Part shown: positions 12,401 through 23,700 of the stretch, in pieces
Layout of the letters: every line of letters starts with the position of its first letter
Numbering within the stretch: position 1 is the stretch's first letter
Assembly (NCBI GenBank): GCA_048013815.1
Contig: CM106586.1
Coordinates: forward strand, 7,254,001 to 7,318,000
DNA: 64,000 nt
Direction of reading: 5' to 3'
Origin: Setoptus koraiensis
Lineage: Eukaryota > Animalia > Arthropoda
Position numbers and translations under genes: made by a program
The notes under the pieces: model-generated
What the model saw: only the letters and a program-made list of their open reading frames with translations
Database searches by the model: none
What the model was told of the DNA's origin: nothing

Positions 12401-15400
12401 ACAACAAATCACCCACTGCTGGCCCTAATGAGCTGACCGGATCAGTGGCGCCGCCGCTGGATCAGTTCAATATCCGCTTTGTGGGGCGAGCGGCCGGGGC
12501 GAGCCTTTTGTGTGGCGGCCGACGATTATCATTATTGTAATAGATGTATGTGCGGATATTAATAGTTTACCTAGGCAAATCGATGGCGCTGGGCCGGCCC
12601 ATTGTGTTTTAGCTCGCGTTTCGCCGAATACGTGTTTTGCCCAATAGTTTGTGGCGCGGACACGGGCAAATCTTGCTTTGTATGCATGGTGTAAAGTTTG
12701 GCGTCGGTCCGCTGCCACGGGAAAAGCCGCGCAAATGTCGCAGGGGCGCCGCGTTGTCAACTAGGCGATCAGTGGCGAAACGCAAGATGCGAGCCGGAGC
12801 CCGAGACCAAGTGCCAGCCCCGTGCCCCAGTTGGCATTTAATTGTTGTAAAATGCAAGCTGACCCAGAAGTTGGCTGAGCTGTGAATCGCGCCACCATTC
12901 ATTCATTCAAAACCTGGGCGGGCCGGGGTGAGGGCCGAAACAGATCGAAATGCGGCCAACCCGGTGGGTCCACATTAGAGTGAACCCAGAATCGGGCAAC
13001 GCCGGTTAAATCCCGAATTGGGCACCGCCGGTGAATCGCCGGCCTCGAGCGAAACTCGGTAAATCTGGTTATGCCAGCGTGCAAGTGGGTGACAGGCGAG
13101 GGCGCCAGGTGAGCGGCCTCGGGACGGGGCCCCACGACTTGCTGGCAAGAAGTTGTTGCGGCAACCGCTCGGGACGGAGCCCCAACTTGTAAAATCAGGA
13201 TGACCAACAGCAAATTTGGCGAGCCAGAGGCGCACTCAATCAAGATTAGGCAGCCCGTGAGTAATGGCATGGGTATGTGGCCGTGCATTGGGGCCGGCGC
13301 AAACAATGAGATGCCCGCGCATCTATTCTGTTTGGCGGCTGAGCATTGTTGGTGTGCCCGACAAAGGTGCATAGCGGCGGGCCCCTGCAAAGGCGAGTCT
13401 CGCCTTCGCATGGGCAGGAATCCGTGGAGCGATTAAATCCCTTGATCGGCTGCCCACTACAATGCAAGCGCATATAATACAGATTATAGGAATTTCGCCA
13501 CTTGTCCGGCGCCTCTGCTGGCTTGCCACTGGCCGCCAGTGACTAGCGCCAGCGGAGGCGCTAGAGGCGGCCAGAGACGCTGCCGGTCGCTGGCTGCCGG
13601 GCCTCATTTGGGCCCGATGCTCGCCCAGTGGCACTGAGTCAGTGGCGTTTAGTTAACAACAACAACAACACTGGTGATGACTTACAATTTATGATTACCA
13701 TTGTAGCGGACTCTTAATTCCTCCATAGATGATTAATAGAGTGAGACAGGTCGACGAGGGCCCCACAATGGCCGCTGGCCGCACTGGCGCCGGGCCGAGC
13801 GGGCGATTAGTGGCCAGTGGACTTTGCTGATGACTTTGCGCCTCGGCCGCTTGGCCCCGCGCGCGCGCCCGCCCGCAACATGCTTCGGTTACTGGTGGGC
13901 AGCCGAGCCTCGGCTGCTTTTATCGACAAGCAGCCCGCCATTTGGCGCAGTGGATAAATTTTGTTGTTCTCTTTAGTTGGCTGCTTGCGCGCCGGCCGTT
14001 GCCGAGCCAGCGCGCCAAAGCAGCCAACTAATTCTAATAGGTGAGCCAAAAAACTTTTGGCTTGCCAGGCTTAGGCCGCTCTTTTTATCCGCGCGCTGCT
14101 TTTCGCGTTTCAGCGTGCCACACAATATCCAAATGGACGTGCCAGTTTGCATTGTCTATCTGTTCGGGGGCCCCGCTTGCGTTTGCAGCGGGCTGGTCGC
14201 TGGCAAACAGCGTGTGGCTTAGTGTGGAAATAAAATAATTTCCATCTTAGTTATTTATTGCCGTTGCTGCGGGTATCGGGCCGCTGGCCAACGGTGGCCA
14301 GTGGCGCGATGGATCCGCGCTCGCAGCGGGTAAGCCCCCGCCGACTTGAGCCGATTCATCGAACAATTGCGACTCGGATGGGCGCTTTGTTGGCTTCTGT
14401 GGGCCACCGTTGCCAGTCAACACTTGATCAGTCGACTCGCTTCGAGCAAGCTGGCAAGCTCGAAATTAAATCAGGCTTGTCTTTGCGCAACATAATCGAA
14501 TTTATTTGTTACTGTCGGCCAGGTGAGTCGCAGGCGTTGTTGGGGCGCTCGTCGGGCTTGTTTTGCTCGTCGGGCTTGTTGTGCGTGTTGGGGCCCCGTG
14601 CACCGTTCCACAACGGTCCGATTGAGGCCGCTGAAACCCGTTTCAGCAACCTGTTCTCGCTGGTGCGCGGGCGAACTGGCGCCCCCCCCCCCTACGACCC
14701 AGAACCCCGACGACCGTCAGTGTGTTTGTTTGTGCGCGTGGCCAGCATCTGCCAGCCACCGGCCACTGGTCAGCTTTGATTTGGCCAGGCAGCGCAGTTG
14801 TGCGGTTGTGTAGTTGCGCACATGTGCAGCTATATGTAGATGTGCACAGTGTTGTGTGCCGGATTATTGGCGTCGCCAGTGGCGCTGTCGCGGGCCCCGC
14901 GGGAGCCCCCGGATAAGGGCGGCCAAAGTTTTTTATGTTGCAAGCGGCGCGGTTGTCGGTCGAGCCGGTTTGTGTGCCTCGAATTTCAAAGAAACTGAAT
15001 CGCTCGCGAGCCGCTCGGCCACTGGCCAGCGTTGCTTTGCATGGGCCTCATGCCATGAGGAGCCCGCCGACAGGAGCCGCTGCAAAACTTATTGATACAA
15101 CTGTTCGCCACTGCTGGCGGGGCTCCGGGGGGCGCCCGAAAAACGCCAGTGGACGCCAGAAAAACGCCGTGGACGCCAGAGGAGCGCGGCACAGACGGAC
15201 AAAGTCATTATTGTGATAATATTTCACTTTGTCACTGGCTCGGCTGCGGGGATGTGGCCGCCGCCGCCGCGGCTGTCGTTGTCGGTGTTGTCGGTGGCGC
15301 TGTTGTTGTCGCTGGTGGCGCTGTCGTTGCCGGGCCACGGCGGCTGCGGAGGATCGTGTGGGTGTTGCGTAACATGGTCGTTGCGTAACACGGTCGTTGC

Positions 15401-18400
15401 GCGCACAGACACATGAATAATATCGGCCCATGATTCTGGCGAGCGCGAATCTTGCGCGCGCGCGCGTGTTTGTTTGCATTGATGTGTTTGCGTTGCGCGT
15501 GCCTAACAAGTGCGCCGGCAACAACAACGGCAACAACAACGGCGACAACAACGGCGGACCTTTGGCCCCTTGGGTCTACTTTTTGGACGTGCCCCATCGT
15601 AAATAATACCCCGTTGCATGTATCTATTTTAAGTTGCAACACAAACGCAAACAAGTCCGCCATTATGTAACAGCCAGTGTGTGGCAAGCGCAAGCTAGTT
15701 AGCCGGCTGCTTGTGTGACACACGAGAGCTTGATTGTGTGATTGCGCCCCGCTCGACATACTGCCCAGCAGCATAATAAACACAACGCCACTGGACAACG
15801 CTCAACCACAGCCATCTATTTTGCCGGCGCCGCAACCTGGCCCCCCCCCCTACCCAGCGGGCAGTGTGCGAGGCACGGGGGCCCCGTTGCTCGTCGTCAT
15901 TTGGCTTGTTTGCGCCATCTTGCGCGGCTATATGCGCTCGCTCGCCAGACATTTGACACCGTGCACCGACATTGTACAAGCTGCGCGGTGGCATTTACTG
16001 GTTACTAACATGATGTTAGTCGTGTGTATAAATGTATTATTACGCGGGGCCTCACCAGCCAAAAAACGCGGCCATGCTTTCTGGCTGGTCGAGCGGCCAC
16101 GGGCCAGAAAGGCAAACAGAAGCAGGCGCAAACAAGCCCGCGTGCGGCCCTCATTCGATACGAATCCGTTTGCGTCGGGGGCCCCTCATTCGATGCGAAG
16201 GCGCTTGTGTCGGGGGCCCGCGCGTGGCATTTGTGCGCTGTGCACACGCCAGCTTGTGCACAAATGCCAACGCACATGTACAGCACATGTATGCAGTGCC
16301 ACCTGAAACTGTCTTCCGGATCGGGTGCGCATTGGGGCCCCGGCGAGCTGGGCCAGTTGTAGGGTGCGGCGGGCTCGCTGGGCGCGTTGGCTCGGCGGGC
16401 AGCCCGGCGAGCCAACGAGCGCCGGCCAGCCAAAGTAAACACTCGCTCGCCAGCAGTGGCAGCCGATATCTAGCCAGTGGCTGTCAGTGGCTGGGTGACA
16501 GTGACAGCGACTTTGCATGCATAAATGTCCTGTTTATTTAGCAGTGCATTAAAGCCGGCCCTGTCTGCCTGACGAGGCCGCGACCCGCTCGCTCGTCTCA
16601 CGGTGCGGGGCCCGTAATCACCGACGCACCTGGACAGGTGAGCGTTGTGTGTCGCCGCTCTTTTGCGTTGTGTGTCGCCGCTCTGTGTTGCCCGGCCGAA
16701 TGTTGGGGCCCGAACGCTGCCGCACGAGCGTGGGCGCCCGAATGTCGACCGTTGGTGCGAGTCGAGTGTGCGCGGCATTAGTTTAAAGCCGACAACAACA
16801 AACGGATAAACGCGCATAAAACACGGCCAAAACGGATAAAATTTCACTCTTTGTGTCTCATTGGCAGTTCGCCGCGGCGAGCCCCCACTGGCGCAAACAA
16901 CAGCCAGCGTCACGCCAGCCAATGTAATCCAAAGCAGGCTGCCTACTGGCTGCTCTTTAGCGATTTCAAAACATTTTTCGGCGCTGCCGGCGCGCAAATT
17001 GTCGCTATGCAAAGATTAAATCTAGTTGCGCGTCGCTGGGGCGCCGCCAGCAGCTCGGTGTGCAGCAGTTGCGACAGTTGTAGCCGTAATCCTATTTTTA
17101 CAAGTATTTAGTGATGTCACACACACGACAGGCGAGGGGCTCTCTGTTGGCTCGTTTCTCTCTCTCTCTCTCTCTCTCTCCCTCTGTCTCTGTCGCCCCG
17201 AGAAAGTCACACTCGCTGCTTACTTTGCACTCTGCCTATTACGCACATTACGTCAGTCAATAGTTTACGAGCAAATTGCAGCGACGACTCGAATCCGCCG
17301 CCATTCGCACACTTAACAGGCGCTGTTGCTGCTGTTCATTAATTAATTTTGTGGTGATCTACTTCTCGGCTGTCAGGCGCGCCGAAAAATCTCGACTAAA
17401 TTGAAACTTTAATTGAGCGGCTGGCAGTTTGCGATCGTTGGCCCGCCGCGTCGGCCCGTCGGGTTGGCGCCGTCGAGCGGGCCGATCGGTGAGAGTGCAT
17501 CAGCGACGCAACTCGCCGAGCAACTTGCGGCGCATCTTGCGAGCCGCCGCGACCCAGCCAGCGACAATTTATCGTCCGTGACCGACGAGTTGCGAGCGCA
17601 ACAATCCGGGCAAACACTCGAGCGAATATTCGAGCAACGGCTCGAGCGAATATTCGAGCGAAGATTCGCGCAAAAATTCGCAGCCGCAACAACTCGCGGC
17701 TGCCAAGCTGGCGGCAACAGCGACAACTCGGCGGCGACAACAGCGACAACTCGACGGCGACAACAATGACAGCTCGACGGCCATAAGAGAGCGCGACAGA
17801 GATGTCACCGTTTCGCGGTTGCGAGCGGCCCGCAGCGAGCAGCCGAACGGGCGTCCCGCTTGCGGGCAACAATCGCGGTGACTCGGCAACCCGGCTCTCG
17901 AATTCAATTAGTGCCGCCGAACAGCCGACTTGCTTCGCTGCCGACGATAACTCATCAGCGGCAATGGCGGCGACAATCTCAGCTTGTCAATCTCAGCGCA
18001 AATCCGCTGACTGTTGCGTCACGGCCAACATTTGTCGCCCGCTCAAGAGGGCCCCGCAATATTCATTGTTGCGCCGTTGAACAATCACGTTTTTTTGACA
18101 CTTGCGCAACGACTTATTGTCACCACAGGCATCGATTGGGTCCGGCTTTGGCCAACTGGCAACATGATGGATGCGGCCAGATCGGCCGCCACTCGCAGGC
18201 CGGCGATTGTTGCGCGAATCGGGGCCACGAACTCGGGGCCGCCGGGGGCCGGCAGTCGGCGCGAGCCTGTCGCCGGTCGCCTCCGGTCGGCGGATGTAGC
18301 GGCAGTTTGGTAGCGGTCACAAGCGGCCCCTTGTCGGGCAAGCGGCCCTTCGTTGAGAAGCGGGCCAACTCGTGCAACGGGAATCGATCTCTTGCGCGGC

Positions 18401-20089
18401 GGTTCGCGTAACGAGCCGTCGGTGAAGCGGCCCGGCCGACGGCGCAGCGCTGCCCGTGCACGTGTGCCCCCCGACCACAAATGACGAATTGCGCGACTAA
18501 CGGGAGCTGTTGTTGTTGTTGCTGTTGTCGATTCAGCCCAACATTTTTATTGTCCAGACAAACCCGGCTCACTGTGTCACTGTGTGTGCTTTTGTTTGTG
18601 TCGCGCGCACAGCAGAGAGATTACGTATTACGTAATACATGTATTGCTGGTTGTTGCACGAGCAGCAACATTGTTGCTGGCTGCAATGCAGTTGCTGCTG
18701 CTGCTGTTGCTGTTGCTGTTGTCGTGCAACAACAACGACAGATATGAGCCGGATTAATGTGCTGCTCGGTATGCGACACAAACAAAAACAATAACTGTGC
18801 TCGCGGATAATCGTTTCTGTTTGCATGTTGTTGCGTTTGCGCCCCAGCGAGCAGCATGCCAACTGAAGCGACCCAGTGTCGCCACTGTCGCTCCAATGGG
18901 CGGCCGGCCGGCCGGGGGCCAGACTGGGGCTAGTGCGAAAAGTGAAAATTCGCGCTCGTTGTCGATGGGGCCGCCAGCGTGGGACTGACAACGATTGCGA
19001 GTATCAATTGATACCCGCGCATTGACTAAATCCATGCGCGCAACGTCAAGACACAACAAGTTGGCGGGGTCATTAGCGGGCATTAGCGTCCAACGGGACG
19101 CGCCGGCACCCATCGCGGCGGGTGCCGCCGCTCATCGCCTAATGCCACTAATACCCCTAATGCTGGCCAGGCTCGCTCCAGATTGGGTCGCTCTCTCTCT
19201 CTCTCTGGAGTTCAGAATCTGGACAGCGGCGGCTTGCCCCGCCCAGCTCGACTGGTGCCCGGCGAGACGCCAGAGAGGGGCCCCTTCACTGCGGACCGGA
19301 GTCCGGTCACCGGACGCTGCAGGTGAGAAGGACCGGAGAGAAGGCCGCAGCGTGCGTGGGCAAACAAGCCTGCGCCATTGGCGGCCGACGTGTCAGAGGG
19401 GCCCCAAGAAGGAGCAAACAAACGACAGTTTGCTGTCCAATTCTAAACTAATCTAGTTTGCCCGCTGGCCACTGTATACATGTCATGACATAGGCATGTA
19501 TATGTATGTGGCCATGTCTCGATGAGGCCCCTGCGAGCGTGTGTGTGTGTGCGTGTGTGTGTGTGCTGGGGCCGCTCGCATCGTGTGACAGGCCGCGAAT
19601 GGATTAGGCCAATTTAGATTAATACCGATGGCGCGAGTGTCAGGTCGGTCGAGTGGCCGGCGCGTTCCCGGGGGCCGCTTGTTTGCTGGCTGTCGGCCCC
19701 TCGCTTGCTGGCTGTGGGCCGCGCGCGGACACTCCCGAGCGGCATAATCAGTTGTGTGTGTGTGGCGACGGGCAAAGTGTCAACCCAATGCACTCACCGT
19801 CCATACAGTGACAATTGTCTTGGCGACAAACGCGGGCATGTGATGAATGGTCCGCAATGATGGCGGCGCTGCCAGCGCCGGCCTGTGCCGCTTACGAGCG
19901 CCCGACCGCTGGCCCGACCCGGGCGTGCCCCTGCCCGCAGCGTTGGGCCCGACGACGGTCGAGCTTGCAAGACTGCGAGCACAGGAGCGGGCTCGCAGTA
20001 TGCGAGCGCGTATGCAAATCAGCGCCTGGCCCGGCGTCTTGTCGCCTGCATTTTGGCGTTTTGTCGCTGCTGGCCGCTGCCCGCGAACT

Positions 20090-20170
20090 GCCAGCGTCGA
20101 ACTGCGAACGTCGAACTGCGAGCGTCGAACTGCGAGCGTCGAACTGCGAGCGTCGAGCGTCGAACTGCGA
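20090..20170. repeat. Minisatellite, 14-bp unit (gcgtcgaactgcga), about 5 copies
   Basis: Direct reading. Confidence 0.85.
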
Positions 20171-20744
20171 TCCGATGCGAGCGCTCCCAACACGCAGGAT
20201 GAGAGCGGTGCGACGCTCGGGCGACCCGGGCGCGGCACCCGGTCGGGAGTGCGGTGGCAGCGGCCGCCAGTAATTAGATGCGGATGCAAACATCCGATTG
20301 GAGTGTGTCGGCAGCATGCTCATTAAGCAATGAGTTTTTACACTGTCCCGCGGCGTGCAGCGCAATCACTTGAGCATCGGCAGCCGCTGCCGGCTGCTCC
20401 ATCGGAGGCCGGCCCGCTGCTGCGGCTCGACTCTGTGCGCCGTGGGCAGCTCGACCGAGTGAGCAGCCCGACCGAGCGCGCGGAGCCGGCGTGAGCACGG
20501 CGAAATGCGCTCCACGAGGGCCCCTAACAAGCGACGAGCGAGAGCCGTAATCGGCCGATGCCGCCGCCGTGGGCCCTAATGATGGCGCCCGACTGTCACA
20601 TGGATTGTGACAGGGCTTGTTGGATTATTGACTGTGCGCAACATGCCATTTTGGCAACATGCAGCGGATCATAATAACAAGTGTAATAAATAAAGTTACA
20701 CGTCACAGTGTGTTTACTTTGTTCGGTCGCTGCGACAGGGCCAC

Positions 20745-20746
<2 letters not shown>

Positions 20747-20790
<44 letters not shown>
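20747..20790. repeat. (AC)22 microsatellite
   Basis: Direct reading. Confidence 0.95.
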
Positions 20791-20794
<4 letters not shown>

Positions 20795-23700
20795 GACGCG
20801 GGCCGGCATCATGAATTGTCAATACACTTGTCAATGGCTTAGCCGCGGTCTCGCCAGACACTGTGTATCGTGTCGTCGGACGCTGTGCGTTGTCTCGCTC
20901 GTCGTGCCTCGCACGGCGAGACACGGCGACTGCGGCGAGCATGGCGAGACGGGTACGGCGAGACGAGCGCGGTGAGACAAGCGCGGCGAGACGGGCGCGG
21001 CGAGACGGGCGCAGACCCTGAGCAGTACCAGAGCAGACCCAGGGCAGACCCGGCGGCGGGAATTAATCTTGTGTTAATGCGCTACAAACAAGACGCTGCT
21101 TGTAGTCCGGCGCGCTGTCAGTTTGCAGCCAACAAACAAGAGGTGGTTGCGTTTGAGTGCCAGCAGCCAGCCAGAGTCAACAAATTCAGCTGTTAGCGCG
21201 TCTTATTAGTCATGCAGCTCGCTGGCCGATGACACCAGATCATTATTCAAAAAATATAATTTGTGCATGATTTACGACCCGCAACTCGCTGCTCAGCGAC
21301 GCTCGCTACGCAACGACAATCGCACACTCTCTCAATTTGAGGCGCTGTTGCCGTTGTTGTTGCGGCTTGCCCAATGGTGAATTCCAAATGCTCAATGGCG
21401 AACGCCAAGCGCTCGATGCCGAATGCTGGCGAGCGCCCGCTGCAAATCGGCGCACCGAGCCACTCGGTGCGCCCCATTGTCGCTATTAATCATTGCAGCG
21501 TTTCAATGCTGTTGTCTTATCTGATGATCACTCAAACATGATCACTGTCATCGGGCTGTCATCGCGCGCGCAGCTCAATTGTTTTGCCGGGCCGGCCCGC
21601 GATCCGGCCGGTTCGCGAGTCGGCACGGTTAGCTCTGATGAGCAGAGTTGGCACGGTTGGCCCAGTGACTCACTACTAGTGAGTCACTACTAGTGAGCCG
21701 CCGACAACTGCGATATTTGCGCGGCACAGGGCACCCGTCGAATTCGCTTGACGCGGCTCGCGTGCTCGCGCAATCGCACACATTGCATGTTAGCGCACAC
21801 ATTACATGTTATCGCGCACATTACACGGTATCGCACACGGGCGCAGATTGATCAGATTGTAAAATAATCCGACGCGCACTGATAAACTTTTCCAAAAATC
21901 ATTAGCCACCCAGGGCAAGTTTGCCGTTGCAGTTGCCTTAAACGGTGGCCGTATGTCGGCCATGCCAGCCTCGGCTGCCTCTTATCTGGGGCCCGATCTT
22001 GGCGAGCCGGTCGCCGGCGCGAGTTCGAGTGGCGCTGCATCTAATGACGCTGCACAAATGATGACACAGGCACACACATGCTCAATATTCAAATGGTGTC
22101 CACATTATCAATTATGCACGACTCTACTCACACACTTCGCCCACTCGTGCAATGAACCAAATTGTCGCGTACTCGCGCCCACATGCTCCACATACATGTG
22201 TAATATACGGGCCGGCCGGCCCGTATATCACAAGCGGAGCCGGCTTGTGCGGCCACAGTCAACTCGACTGACAAGCTTGTGAGTCAAGCCAGGAGCCGCA
22301 CAGTTCTAGTCCGCGGCCGACCAGTCGGCAACAAGGCAGCGCCGGTCTCTATTGGGGCCCAGACGCACGGGGGCGCAGTATGAGCCACTTTTGGCCACAG
22401 TTCGAGCTGGTCCCGTATTCAGCCGGCGGTTCGTTGCGGTTTCGGCTGTTGCAACCCCTGGGTGCAGCCATGTGAACTATGTGTGCCCAGAACTGCAACT
22501 GCAACTGCAACAACTGCCCGAACCGAGAATAACCGACAACCGCCGAGAATAACCATGAATAACCATGAATTTCTCCCAATGCCCGAGAATAACTGGCAAT
22601 AACTGAGAAGAATCAAAGGTGCGCCTTTTTGCCAGCTCGCTGCGCCCAATCAGACATCGCCGAAACACGGGCAGCGGATGGGTCCGCTCGCTCGCCGGGC
22701 CCCGGTCTAACGGGCAGCCAGTCGAGGCGGTTGTCACCGCATACCACAGTCACCAGCGCCGTTTCGTTGCCGATGTGTGACCGCGTCTAGTACGGCGATT
22801 CGCTGTCTGGTCCTCATTAGGTGAGCGAGTGCAAGCAAACACACACACACACATTAATTGTGCGAGATAATTCATTTGTGCGCTGCCTCTGATCGTGGGC
22901 CCCGCTGGCCTGTTCGCACATAATCCATATCCACTGCCGGCGACAATTGCAAACATTCCAGACTTGGCCCTGGCTCGAACGGCACGGCGGCCCCCAAATG
23001 GTGATATGCGTGCGACTCGAACGCCACGATAACCGTTGGACGCTCTACTAGACCGGAAATGGACAGATTTCCTTTGGAAATTGTGGGATTGTGTGGGAGT
23101 TGTGACGAGCGTCGGATGTACGACACGCTGCTGTGTAGAGAGCACACTGAAACTCTGAGCAGACCGAAAGTGTGCGATTGTCACATGTCCAACGGCCACC
23201 GATGACAACCAAATCGATACATGCATTGGTCAGTGCGTGCATCGATTTTGGACAGTGCACAGTCGTACATGTAGCGGCGACCATGCAAGCGAGCGAAGCA
23301 TGTAAATGTAAGCAGTGGGCGACATTGACCGGACATTACGTAACGGCCACTGCGTTTAGTGCGCGCATTGCTGATGGATTGGCCGGCGCGGCGGCGCCGG
23401 ACCGAGCCGGGCCGGCTAACGGTCATGGAGTTGCGACAAATGTATGGCAGATGCGCTGTTGATGGCGCACGACAGATAGTGTTGTTTGTATATATAAATT
23501 CAATTTCTGCTGTGAGCGTCGTGGAAACATTGTAGTGACGTTGACACACAACGTCGTCGTCGTCGCGGCGCCCGTCTATTCGGGCGCCGCCAGCGCAAAC
23601 GTCGCTTGCAGTTCGCTGTGCAGTTGGGGCGGCTATTTGGGCGGATATTTCGGATATTAGGCGGACATTTGGCGATCGCTCAACGGCTCGCTCAGCAGCC

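Noticed and set aside
3241-22610. Short direct-repeat arrays as possible CRISPR
   Set aside because: Eukaryotic context, repeats are adjacent without unique spacers, and there are no cas genes.
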